Shown here: piece by piece, positions 18,958 to 28,213 of the stretch | How positions within the stretch are numbered: position 1 is the first letter of the stretch | Layout of the letters: every line of letters starts with the position of its first letter | Source: Sulfuricella denitrificans | Lineage (GTDB): Bacteria; Pseudomonadota; Gammaproteobacteria; Burkholderiales; Sulfuricellaceae | Length of the DNA: 64,000 nt | Assembly (NCBI GenBank): GCA_002632355.1 | Contig: NSJJ01000015.1 | Location: 8,730 to 72,729, forward strand | Reading direction: 5' to 3' | Program-made: the position numbers and the translations under genes | The notes under the pieces: generated by a model | The model's input: the letters and a program-made list of their open reading frames with translations, nothing else | The model's database searches: none | What the model was told of the DNA's origin: nothing

Positions 18958-19992
18958 ATGGCGAGCGCGGAACAAATAAAAGCACTACTTAGGTCACACA
19001 TTGAGGGTGACGAGGGGCGCTTTTTGTCTATTGCCATGCAGGTTGCCGCGCATGAAGCCAAGCTGGGGCATGGAAAACTGGCCGAAGAACTACGGGACAT
19101 GATCGATGCCGCAAAGTCTCGCAGCCAGAAACCGGCTGGAGGCAGTAAGCTGGCTCCGCTCAACAAGCCTCGTGGCGAATTGGTTGGTCTGCTTAGCGTT
19201 TCTTATCCCCAGACTCGCCTTGCCGAAATGATTCTCGACGATACCGTGTCCATGAAGCTCAAGCGCACGATCAAGGAGCAGCGCTTTTTCGCCAAGCTTA
19301 AGGAACATGGATTGTCGCCACGCCGCAAGCTCCTCTTTGTAGGTCCGCCGGGCACCGGTAAGACGATGACTGCAGCAGCGCTTGCGGGGGAGTTGGGTGT
19401 TCCGCTATTTCTGGTTCGTCTCGATGCGCTAATCACGAAATTTATGGGAGAGACTGCGGCCAAGTTGCGGCAGGTTTTTGATGCCATTACCGAAGTGCGA
19501 GGCATTTATTTTTTCGATGAGTTCGACGCTATCGGTTCGCAGCGAGGTATGTCCAACGATGTGGGTGAAATCCGTCGTGTGCTCAATAGCTTTCTGCAAA
19601 TGATCGAGCAGGATCAGTCTCACAGCGTGATTATTGCCGCGACCAACCACCCAGATATTCTCGACTACGCACTGTTCCGCCGCTTCGATGACATGCTCCA
19701 GTATGGCCTGCCCAATCAAGAGCAAATCGTTGCAATACTTAAGGCGAGACTAGCAGGATTCCATGCCAAGCGTTTTGCCTGGAGCAAAATTGCAGAACAC
19801 GCGGTGGGATTAAGCCATGCGGAAATTTCAAGGGCGGCCGACGAGGCGATCAAAGATAGCATCATCCACGACCGCGACACCCTTTCTCAAGCCGATCTGG
19901 TGCGCATGCTGGAAGAACGAAAGTTGATCAGCGGTAAGCTCGCCAACAACGATAGCGAGCCATCAAGCCATGACGAATCAAGCGCAAGATAA
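18958..19992 (+). CDS. AAA+ ATPase, IetA-like partner of S8 protease
   Basis: Walker A GPPGTGKT, Walker B IYFFDEFD, sensor IIAATN, arginine finger FRRFD; overlaps the downstream protease gene by 23 nt. Confidence 0.9.
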   Translation: MASAEQIKALLRSHIEGDEGRFLSIAMQVAAHEAKLGHGKLAEELRDMIDAAKSRSQKPAGGSKLAPLNKPRGELVGLLSVSYPQTRLAEMILDDTVSMKLKRTIKEQRFFAKLKEHGLSPRRKLLFVGPPGTGKTMTAAALAGELGVPLFLVRLDALITKFMGETAAKLRQVFDAITEVRGIYFFDEFDAIGSQRGMSNDVGEIRRVLNSFLQMIEQDQSHSVIIAATNHPDILDYALFRRFDDMLQYGLPNQEQIVAILKARLAGFHAKRFAWSKIAEHAVGLSHAEISRAADEAIKDSIIHDRDTLSQADLVRMLEERKLISGKLANNDSEPSSHDESSAR

Positions 19993-22468
19993 TCGACCGC
20001 ACTTCGTTCTCACAAATACTTCCGAAGCAAAACCTTTCACTGCCTATGGTGGTGGGAGCCAACCACATGTGCCGGAATTGCCACGCGCCCAGCATGGCGC
20101 ATCCCTGCAAACACAAATCCAAACACTCAAGCCAATTGCCGAGCAGGCTGCAGTCGCACAGCACGTTATAGGGCTAGAGGGCGGTATCGGCCTGCAAATT
20201 CAGTTTCAAAGTCAGCCCGGTGTGGCGCTGGCATTTGAGAGTCTCGCCAACGAAACGCAGCACATTGAGTTACTGAGCATCCGACATGAAGGGGAATATA
20301 CCTACGCCAACGTCTTCGTACCCGACGGAAAACTTGAGCATTTCGAAAAGTATGTGACCGAGTATTTGGCAGAGAGAAAAGACAAGAATGACAAGCCGCT
20401 GGATCACAGGGCGCTGCTGGATACTATCGAGACAATACGCGCAGCCGAACTTCGCGCACTGTGGACGGATGACCCGGCGCTGCTTCCGCGAAACCGGGAT
20501 GAGTCATTCTGGTGGGAGGTGTGGTTACCCGAACGCGGAAATCGTGAGCTAGTGGTGGAGGATTTCCGCAAGCTGGCTTCTGCGGTTGGCTGCTCCGTTA
20601 GCGAAAGACGTGTCGACTTTCCGGAGCGAACAGTCGTGATGATGCATGGCTCCGAACGCCAATTTTCCCAGACAGCAATGACGCTTAATTGTGTCGCTGA
20701 GCTACGGCGCGCCAAGGAAACGGCAGAGTTGTTTGACGGAATGGATGCCACGGAGCAACAGGCGTGGAAGGACGAGTTGCTAGCGCGAACAACCTTCCCG
20801 GCTCACCCGGACGATGTGCCCCGAGTCTGCTTGATCGATAGTGGCGTAAATCGTGGTCACCCCCTGCTCTCGCCTGCATTGACCAGCGCTGACATGCACA
20901 CCGTCGAACAGGAATGGGGTAAAAATGACGAGTGCAATCACGGCACAGGCTTGGCCGGCATAGCCGTCTATGGCGACTTAACCGATGCGCTTGCAACGGC
21001 GATGCCCATTCAAATTGATCACCTGCTTGAGTCAGTTAAGCTCACACGGGGCGAGAGAGATAATTCCGGAAACAACGAATTTCATGCCAACCTGTTTGCG
21101 AAAGCAGTAAGCCGTCCCGAGATCGCTGCACCACAACGCATGCGCGTATTCAGCTCGGCGGTGACGGCTACAGATTACCGTGATCGTGGTCGCCCTTCTT
21201 CATGGTCTGCTATGGTGGACTCGCTGGCGGCTGATGTGCCGGGGGGAGGACTTTTCCCTCGACTGATCGTTCAAGCTGCTGGGAATACCAAAGATGGTAG
21301 CGAGTGGCTGGATTATCCAGAAAGTCTTTCGACAAAAAATCTAATTCACGACCCCGGTCAAGCTTGGAATGCACTGACAGTTGGTGCATTCACCGAAAAA
21401 GTTGAAACCGAAAATGGCCAAATTGAACCTATTGCGCCTTTTGGAGGAATCAGTCCGTACACAACGACATCAGCAACTTGGGATAGGGCATGGCCGCTGA
21501 AACCTGACGTTGTTCTTGAAGGCGGGAACGTTGGGAAAAATGATGGGTTCGCAGGGATGTTACCGAGTCTTAGTCTTTTGACCACTCACTTCAAGCCTAC
21601 CGAAAAACTTTTCACCACCACTAACGCCACCAGCGCCGCATCCGCCTTGTGTTCCCGCATGGCGGCGCAATTGATGGCGGCATATCCACAACTTAGGCCA
21701 GAAACTATTCGTGCGCTCATAGTTCATTCCTCTGAGTGGACCGAAGCTATGCGCAAAATGTATTTGCCAGAGGAGAGATCCCACAACAAGAACGATTACG
21801 CCAACCTTATCCGGCATTGCGGCTGGGGAGTGCCTGATCTGGAAAGAGCATTATGGAGTGCTGCCAATTCGCTGACACTGATTGTCGAAGACATCGTTCA
21901 CCCATACAAAAAAGACGGGAGCACGATCAAGACTCGAGATATGAATCTGCATGCACTGCCTTGGCCCCAAGACGAGCTGGAAGCGCTCGGCGCAACCCAA
22001 GTACAAATGAGAGTCACACTCTCCTATTTCATCGAGCCAAATCCATCCGCTCGCGGCTCAGCATCGAAATACCATTACCCTTCCCACCGCTTACGATTCG
22101 ATGTGCGCCATCACCTTGAATCGGAAGAGGACTTCCTTGCACGAATCAACGCCGCTGCTGCACTTGAGGAAGAAGATAATCAACACGCGAACCCCAAAGA
22201 CCCCGATTGGCGCTTGGGCGAACGTCGACGGCATAGAGGTTCACTACATCAGGATATATGGGAAGGCTCTGCGGCAGACTTGGCCAGTCGAGGCTGTCTT
22301 GCGGTCTATCCCTCATTGGGCTGGTGGCGCACTCGCCCAAAACTAGGCCGTTACAACCTGCCGGCCCACTACACTCTGATCGTCTCCATTCGTGCACCAG
22401 AAACGGAAATTGATCTTTATAGTGCAATCGCAGCAAAAATACAGACCCCGGTTATTATTCCAGCTTGA
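19970..22468 (+). CDS. S8 subtilisin-like serine protease, IetS/Y4bN-like
   Basis: Catalytic Asp (RVCLIDSGV), His (NHGTGLAG), oxyanion Asn (QAAGN), Ser (NATSAASA); KPDVVLEGGN and GWGVPDLERAL family motifs. Confidence 0.9.
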   Translation: MTNQAQDNRPHFVLTNTSEAKPFTAYGGGSQPHVPELPRAQHGASLQTQIQTLKPIAEQAAVAQHVIGLEGGIGLQIQFQSQPGVALAFESLANETQHIELLSIRHEGEYTYANVFVPDGKLEHFEKYVTEYLAERKDKNDKPLDHRALLDTIETIRAAELRALWTDDPALLPRNRDESFWWEVWLPERGNRELVVEDFRKLASAVGCSVSERRVDFPERTVVMMHGSERQFSQTAMTLNCVAELRRAKETAELFDGMDATEQQAWKDELLARTTFPAHPDDVPRVCLIDSGVNRGHPLLSPALTSADMHTVEQEWGKNDECNHGTGLAGIAVYGDLTDALATAMPIQIDHLLESVKLTRGERDNSGNNEFHANLFAKAVSRPEIAAPQRMRVFSSAVTATDYRDRGRPSSWSAMVDSLAADVPGGGLFPRLIVQAAGNTKDGSEWLDYPESLSTKNLIHDPGQAWNALTVGAFTEKVETENGQIEPIAPFGGISPYTTTSATWDRAWPLKPDVVLEGGNVGKNDGFAGMLPSLSLLTTHFKPTEKLFTTTNATSAASALCSRMAAQLMAAYPQLRPETIRALIVHSSEWTEAMRKMYLPEERSHNKNDYANLIRHCGWGVPDLERALWSAANSLTLIVEDIVHPYKKDGSTIKTRDMNLHALPWPQDELEALGATQVQMRVTLSYFIEPNPSARGSASKYHYPSHRLRFDVRHHLESEEDFLARINAAAALEEEDNQHANPKDPDWRLGERRRHRGSLHQDIWEGSAADLASRGCLAVYPSLGWWRTRPKLGRYNLPAHYTLIVSIRAPETEIDLYSAIAAKIQTPVIIPA

Positions 22469-22641
22469 TAGTTCGCGTTGAACTCCGCTTAGGATCGGTA
22501 TCAGCCATCCAAGTTGAGAGTTCAAATATGTCGGCTTTGGCCGAACTCCGGTCACTCTGGAGATCCCAGCCTACTCTACCGCCCAAGGTGTATTTGAATA
22601 ATTACTTAAGGCCAGTTGCGCCGACTCGACGCAGGACACCT

Positions 22642-22842
22642 TCAGCGCGCCAGCTTGCGTGCCACCGGTCGCTGCTTGGTCTTGCCAGCCATGCGAGCTT
22701 CCAGATAGTCGCGCATTTCCTGCCACGGGATGGTTTTGCCGACCGCCACGATGCCGGCATAGCGACTTTCAGCCAGGGCATCGAAATGGGCGCGGCGTTC
22801 GGTTTGCTCGGTAATTGCTTCGAGAATGAAGCCATGAGCCAT
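22642..22842 (-). pseudogene. N-terminally truncated CopG/RHH-family antitoxin
   Basis: Translates as AHGFILEAI...RRAHFDALAESRYAGIVAVGKTIPWQEMRDYLEARMAGK...RPVARKLAR, recalled as the C-terminal part of RHH antitoxins paired with RelE/ParE toxins. The N-terminal RHH strand and helix are missing. Confidence 0.65.
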
Positions 22843-22878
22843 CGATCCGGTACCGTGCCTCATTCCGGCTGTCACTAT

Positions 22879-23976
22879 TCAGGAGGCGTCGAGCATGCGC
22901 TGCAGTGACAGGCGCGCCATTTCGGCTTCCTGTGCCGGCACCTTGATCTGGTTGACCACCTTGCCTTCCACCAGATTTTCCAGGATCCAGGCCAGGTGCT
23001 GCGGGTCGATGCGCGCCATGGTGGAGCACATGCACACCGTCGAGGACATGAACTGCACCAGCTTGCCTTCCGGCTTGAAGCGGTTCGCCAGGCGGTTGAC
23101 CAGGTTCAGTTCGGTGCCGACCAGCCATTTCGTGCCGGGCGCGGATTCGGCGATGGTCTTGATGATGTATTCGGTGGAGCCGACGTAATCGGACAACTGG
23201 CACACCTCGAAGCTGCACTCGGGGTGGGAAATCACCAGCCCGTCCGGGTGCTGGGCGCGGAACTTCTCGATGTGCTGCGGCTGGAACATCTGGTGCACCG
23301 AGCACAGGCCTTTCCATAAAATAATCCTGGCCTTCCTGATCTGCTCCGGCGTCAGCCCGCCCATCGGCTGGTCGTAGTCCCACAGCACCATTTCGTCGAG
23401 CGGGATGCCCATCTTGAAGCCGCTCCAGCGCCCCAGGTTCTGGTCGGGGAAGAACAGCACCTTCTCGCGCCGGGCGAAGGACCATTCGAGGATTCTGGTG
23501 GCGTTGCTGGAAGTGCAGACGATGCCGCCGTGTTCGCCGCAGAAGGCTTTCAGGTCGGCGGCGGAATTGATGTAGGTCACCGGCGTGACGCTTTCGTCGG
23601 GATCGAGCACCGTTTTCAGCTCGCGCCAGGCGCGCTCGACCTTGGCCAGGCTTGCCATGTCTGCCATGGAACAGCCGGCGGAAAGATCGGGCAGGATGGA
23701 AATCTGTTCAGGACGCGAGAGGATGTCCGCCACTTCGGCCATGAAATGCACGCCGCAAAAAACGATGTATTCCGCCTCGGAAGAAGCCGCCTGGCGCGAA
23801 AGCTTGAGCGAGTCGCCGGTAAAATCGGCATGGCAGATCACGTCGTCGCGCTGGTAATGATGCCCCAGAATGACCAGACGTTTGCCCAGTCTGGCCTTGG
23901 CGGCAAGGATGCGGGCCTGGCAGTCGCCGTCCTGCATCTGGCTGAACTTGTCGAAGGTAATGGGACTGACTTGCAT
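22879..23976 (-). CDS. nadA: Quinolinate synthase
   Basis: ILGHHYQ, FCGVHFMAE, AGCSMAD, YINSAA, CSVH and HPEC motifs. Confidence 0.95.
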   Translation of the reverse strand: MQVSPITFDKFSQMQDGDCQARILAAKARLGKRLVILGHHYQRDDVICHADFTGDSLKLSRQAASSEAEYIVFCGVHFMAEVADILSRPEQISILPDLSAGCSMADMASLAKVERAWRELKTVLDPDESVTPVTYINSAADLKAFCGEHGGIVCTSSNATRILEWSFARREKVLFFPDQNLGRWSGFKMGIPLDEMVLWDYDQPMGGLTPEQIRKARIILWKGLCSVHQMFQPQHIEKFRAQHPDGLVISHPECSFEVCQLSDYVGSTEYIIKTIAESAPGTKWLVGTELNLVNRLANRFKPEGKLVQFMSSTVCMCSTMARIDPQHLAWILENLVEGKVVNQIKVPAQEAEMARLSLQRMLDAS

Positions 23977-24038
23977 GGCGTGACTTCGCTTCCGGGAAAA
24001 TTAGCAAACGCTAAACTTACCAGAATATGGGGAAAAAA

Positions 24039-24959
24039 TCAGCCGATCGCGCGAATATCGGGTGAAGCCTTGCCGTCGTTCAGAGGGCGGCACTGTTCCA
24101 GCACCTCTGCCGCGCGTCCGCCGCTGCCCCACAGGCGGATACAACGCTCCACCTCGGCGCGCACCGCTTCCCGGATGCTGCGCTTGAGCGCCATGTAACC
24201 GTTGTCGCCGATGCCGGGGTTGTCCCGGATATGCTGCACGGCGAGGTCGGAGAGCGCAGTGTAGTAGTTGATCTTGGCCACACCGTTGGCAATCAGCTTG
24301 CGGAACTGTTCATCCGACAAACCGCTGCCGCCATGAATCACCAGCGGGATGCCCACGGCCTCGTTGATTTTTGCCAGACGCGCATAATCCAGCCTGGGCG
24401 CGCCTTTCATGCGCCCGTGTACCGTGCCGATGGAGACTGCCAGGCAATCCACACCGGTTCGCGCCACGAACACCCTGGCTTCCGAATGCGAGGTGTATTC
24501 GAATTCGTGCGACAGATTCTCGGCATTCTCGCCCTCCCCTCCCGGCACATAACCCAGTTCGGCCTCGACGGCCACTCCGCTGGCATGCGCCAGGGTGGCC
24601 ACTTCGCGCGTTAGCCGCAGATTGTCCTCGAAGGGCTGATCCGAGCAGTCCACCATCACCCCGCTGAAACCGCAGCGGATCGCCCGTTCGGCGGATTCGA
24701 GACTACGGCCATGATCGAGATGGATTGCCACCGGCACCCTGGCACGCCGCGCAGCCGCCACCGCAGCCGGTGCCAGCAGGTCAAAATCGTAGTAATCGAA
24801 ATGGGATTCGGCCAGATTGAGAATCACCGGCGCACGATAATTCTCCGCTGCCTTGATGATGGCCTCGAGAAAATCCAGCGTGACCACGCCGAACGCCCCA
24901 ACTGCATAAGCGTGGCGATAGGCGTGGCCCAGCATGTCTTTCATGTGCACGAGTGGCAT
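24039..24959 (-). CDS. Class II (metal-dependent) ketose-bisphosphate aldolase family protein, divergent
   Basis: HLDHG, VEAELG, SIGTVHG, VIHGGSG and KIN motifs; not the canonical CbbA/FbaA sequence. Confidence 0.85.
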   Translation of the reverse strand: MPLVHMKDMLGHAYRHAYAVGAFGVVTLDFLEAIIKAAENYRAPVILNLAESHFDYYDFDLLAPAAVAAARRARVPVAIHLDHGRSLESAERAIRCGFSGVMVDCSDQPFEDNLRLTREVATLAHASGVAVEAELGYVPGGEGENAENLSHEFEYTSHSEARVFVARTGVDCLAVSIGTVHGRMKGAPRLDYARLAKINEAVGIPLVIHGGSGLSDEQFRKLIANGVAKINYYTALSDLAVQHIRDNPGIGDNGYMALKRSIREAVRAEVERCIRLWGSGGRAAEVLEQCRPLNDGKASPDIRAIG

Positions 24960-24974
24960 GATGTCCTTGAGTTC

Positions 24975-26120
24975 TTAACCGGTGGATACTTCAGCCGCCA
25001 GCCCGCCACGCAATTCGAGCGCCACCTTGAGAGCAGCATCGGCGCTTTCGGCCAGTACGTTGAAATGCCCCATCTTGCGGCCGGGGCGAGCGCTCTGCTT
25101 GCCATACAGGTGGAGTTTTGCGCGCGGCTGGCTCAGCACCGGGGCCCAGGGCGGCTCCTGCCCGTTGCGCCACAGATCACCCAGCAGGTTGACCATCGCC
25201 ACCGGACGCAACAGATCGGGTGCGCCCAGCGGCACGTCCGCCAGTGCCCGCACCTGCTGCTCGAATTGTGAAGTGAGGCAGGCATTCAGGGTGTAATGTC
25301 CGCTGTTGTGCGGCCGTGGCGCAATTTCGTTAACCACCATCCGGCCGTCGCCAAGCACGAAGAATTCCACCGCCAGCACACCGCAGTAATCGAGCGCGGC
25401 AGCAATAGCGCTGGCGGTCTCGAGCGCCTTCCCGGCCATTTCCTCGGTGACGGAAGCCGGGACGATGCTGATATCGAGAATCCCATCGGCGTGCCGGTTC
25501 TCTGCGACCGGGAAGGCCGCGGTCTGTCCGTCCGTCCGGCGCGCCACCACTACCGAGATTTCCGTTTCTAGCGCAAGCCAGGCTTCCAGCACGCAGGGCA
25601 CCGCGCCCAGCCTTTCGAACGCGCTTTCCAGTTCGGCAAAACTGTTGATCCTGGCCTGTCCCTTGCCGTCGTAGCCGTTGCGTGCGGTCTTGAGCAGGGC
25701 AGGCACGCCGATGCTATGGAATGCGGCAGCCAGGTCGCCCGAATTTTCCACGGTCGCGAACGGGGCAGTCACAAATCCGTGCGACTGCAGGAAAGTCTTT
25801 TCATCACGGCGATTCTGGACAATGGCGACAGCCGCAGCGCCGGGACGCACCGGGCAAAACTGCGCGAGGAATTCCAGGCTGCCGGCCGGCACATTCTCGA
25901 ATTCAATGGTAACCGCCGCGCAAGCCCGCCCCATGCGCTCCAGCGCGGCATGGTCGCGGTAGTCCGCGCACAGATGAATGTCGGCCAGCGCACCCGCCGG
26001 GCTTTCTGGATCGGGGTCCAGCACCATCACGCGGTAGCCCATGCTGCGCGCGGCCACAGCAAACATGCGCCCGAGCTGGCCACCACCGAGAATGCCAAGC
26101 GTGGCAGACGGCAGGATCAT
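24975..26120 (-). CDS. purK: N5-carboxyaminoimidazole ribonucleotide synthase
   Basis: [36 protein letters not shown] and [11 protein letters not shown] at 26120 overlaps the purE stop. Confidence 0.96.
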   Translation of the reverse strand: MILPSATLGILGGGQLGRMFAVAARSMGYRVMVLDPDPESPAGALADIHLCADYRDHAALERMGRACAAVTIEFENVPAGSLEFLAQFCPVRPGAAAVAIVQNRRDEKTFLQSHGFVTAPFATVENSGDLAAAFHSIGVPALLKTARNGYDGKGQARINSFAELESAFERLGAVPCVLEAWLALETEISVVVARRTDGQTAAFPVAENRHADGILDISIVPASVTEEMAGKALETASAIAAALDYCGVLAVEFFVLGDGRMVVNEIAPRPHNSGHYTLNACLTSQFEQQVRALADVPLGAPDLLRPVAMVNLLGDLWRNGQEPPWAPVLSQPRAKLHLYGKQSARPGRKMGHFNVLAESADAALKVALELRGGLAAEVSTG

Positions 26121-26614
26121 GACAATTCCGGCAGGGTCGAGTTTTGTGCGGCCTCGCTCTGGGCAGCGCGAAAGACCTCCAGCCGGCTGGCTGTTTCGGG
26201 ATCGTGCAGCGCCAGCATGGCGGCGGCGAACAGGGCAGCATTGGCTGCGCCGGCCTCGCCAAGGGCAAAAGTGGCGACGGGTATCCCTTTCGGCATCTGC
26301 ACGATGGACAGCAGCGAATCGATGCCCTTCAGGTAACGCGATGGCACCGGAACGCCCAAAACCGGCACCGCCGTCTTGGCTGCCAGCATGCCGGGCAGGT
26401 GTGCCGCGCCGCCCGCACCGGCGATGATGCAAGCCAGTCCGCGCCCAGCAGCCTCCTCGGCGTATTTGAACAGCAGGTCGGGGGTACGATGGGCTGACAC
26501 CACGCGCGCTTCATAGCTCACACCCAGGTTGCGCAGCATGTCGCAGGCATGCCGCATGATTTCCCAGTCGCTGGTGCTGCCCATGACGACACCGACTTTC
26601 ACTTTTTCAAGCAT
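26117..26614 (-). CDS. purE: N5-CAIR mutase
   Basis: [30 protein letters not shown] and [13 protein letters not shown]. Start is 26614 or 26623. Confidence 0.96.
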   Translation of the reverse strand: MLEKVKVGVVMGSTSDWEIMRHACDMLRNLGVSYEARVVSAHRTPDLLFKYAEEAAGRGLACIIAGAGGAAHLPGMLAAKTAVPVLGVPVPSRYLKGIDSLLSIVQMPKGIPVATFALGEAGAANAALFAAAMLALHDPETASRLEVFRAAQSEAAQNSTLPELS

Positions 26615-26655
26615 TTCTCTCATTCCCTGATCTTTGCCCCTTGATGTTCCGGCAG

Positions 26656-27294
26656 TCACGATAGTGCGTCGAAACTGTTGCTGACCGGGTTGTAGCGCAG
26701 CAATTCCCCGCGTTCCATATCAAAATACCAGCCGTGCAGTGCCAGTTTCTTTTGCGCGACCCGCTCCAGAATCCAGGGAAAAGTCAGAAGATTGTCCAGC
26801 GACACCAGAATGGCCTCCTGCTCGCAGGCCCGCGCCTGCACTTCCAGCGGGTCGCCATGCATACGGGAAATCACCCGGTTGCGCGCATTGCTGGCGACTT
26901 TCATCCAGCTGGAAATAAATCCTGCCTGAGCGTCCGCCTCCGGCGCATGCTTCAGTAATGACCGGATACCGCCACATTGAGCGTGTCCCAGCACGATAAT
27001 ATTTTCCACTTCGAGGTGGCGCACCCCGAATTCGAGGGCCGCGCTGGTACCGTGATAATTCCCGCTGGTCTCGAACGGCGGAACCAGGTTAGCCACATTG
27101 CGAATGATGAACAGATCGCCCGGATCGCAATCGGTCACAATGGCCGGGTCCACCCTGGAATCGCAACACCCCACCACAATCGTCTTGGGTGACTGGCCCT
27201 GCTTTGTGAGGCGGTCGAACAGGGCGCGATTCTCCGCATAATTCTGGCTATGGAAGCGTTTGAAGCCATCAACAAGTTTTTCAATGTGATTCAT
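26656..27294 (-). CDS. can: Beta-class carbonic anhydrase
   Basis: Zinc ligands in GCCDSRV and LGHAQCGG; [12 protein letters not shown]. Confidence 0.93.
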   Translation of the reverse strand: MNHIEKLVDGFKRFHSQNYAENRALFDRLTKQGQSPKTIVVGCCDSRVDPAIVTDCDPGDLFIIRNVANLVPPFETSGNYHGTSAALEFGVRHLEVENIIVLGHAQCGGIRSLLKHAPEADAQAGFISSWMKVASNARNRVISRMHGDPLEVQARACEQEAILVSLDNLLTFPWILERVAQKKLALHGWYFDMERGELLRYNPVSNSFDALS

Positions 27295-27296
27295 GT

Positions 27297-27731
27297 TCAA
27301 TTCTTAGATGAGTGATTGTTTCGCGTTTCTGCAGCCTGCACTTCGCCAGGATAGGGGTAGCGCAGGTGGCCAAAGCGGATCAGCAGCACCGCCAGGGTCA
27401 GCATCAGGATCGAACCGGTGACCGCGAGCATGCGCCAGTCGTCCATGGCCTTCATGTCCAGGATCAGGTAGCGCGCCAGCGCCACCATGCCGATATACAG
27501 CGGAAAGCGCACCGGCAATTTGCCTGTGCCGTAATACAGCCCGACCATCGCCAGCACTTCCAGGTAGAGAAAGAGCAGCAGCAGATCGGCCAGGGTGACC
27601 TGTGCTGCCCGCACCATGACCACGACTTCGCTGCCCATGGCGAACACCGTGGCAATGGCGATCACCAGCAAGCCGATATGCTCGACCAGTGAGAGCATCC
27701 ACTTGTTGAATTCCTGAATCGGCTTTTTCAT
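27297..27731 (-). CDS. PsiE family membrane protein
   Basis: Four hydrophobic helices with LADLLLLFLYLEVLAMVGLYY and LPVRFPLYIGMVALARYLIL. Confidence 0.8.
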   Translation of the reverse strand: MKKPIQEFNKWMLSLVEHIGLLVIAIATVFAMGSEVVVMVRAAQVTLADLLLLFLYLEVLAMVGLYYGTGKLPVRFPLYIGMVALARYLILDMKAMDDWRMLAVTGSILMLTLAVLLIRFGHLRYPYPGEVQAAETRNNHSSKN

Positions 27732-27799
27732 CGTTCCTCTCCCCAATACTGCGCAATGCATGGATAATCATCACAGGCTGTTCAAATCACGGAGTGCGC

Positions 27800-28210
27800 A
27801 TGGAAATCACCTGCTATCGCGACCCGGAGCTGGCACGCGAATCCCACCTGCTGCCTGCCGCAACCTACAATCTGGCACACACCCTGCTGGCCCGCAACCC
27901 GTCAGGCAGCCTGTTCGTCCCGATCCGCGCCATGCAGTACCTGGCGATTCTGGATGCGGAGGAATTCGTCTTCCTCGACGGCGCGCGCAAATGCTGGATC
28001 GACATCGCCTGGCAGAATTTCCGGCCTCAGGCCCGTACCTCACTGGATGAACCGGTGGCGTATGAAGCGGTTTACTATCAGACTGGCGCCGCAAATCTCA
28101 TGCCACGCCTGCAGGCAGAACTGCCCCGCGCCCTGAACGCCCTGGCCGCGAAGGGGCGCATCGACGGGCCGGCGCGGGTACTCAAATTCCCTTCACCGGC
28201 GCGTCAGTAA
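27800..28210 (+). CDS. Conserved hypothetical protein
   Basis: Fills the gap between psiE and the cbb operon with host-like codon usage; motif FVPIRAMQYLAILDAEEFVF; no recognisable domain. Confidence 0.7.
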   Translation: MEITCYRDPELARESHLLPAATYNLAHTLLARNPSGSLFVPIRAMQYLAILDAEEFVFLDGARKCWIDIAWQNFRPQARTSLDEPVAYEAVYYQTGAANLMPRLQAELPRALNALAAKGRIDGPARVLKFPSPARQ

Positions 28211-28213
28211 TTT

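Noticed and set aside
22465-22908. 147-aa plus-strand ORF after the protease, as a possible third defence gene
   Set aside because: Mostly antisense to the antitoxin remnant, with no clear ribosome-binding site or motif.
24975-26432. 485-aa ORF suggesting a PurK with a long N-terminal extension
   Set aside because: The extension is an alternative frame of purE. PurK homology starts at ATG 26120, which overlaps the purE stop.
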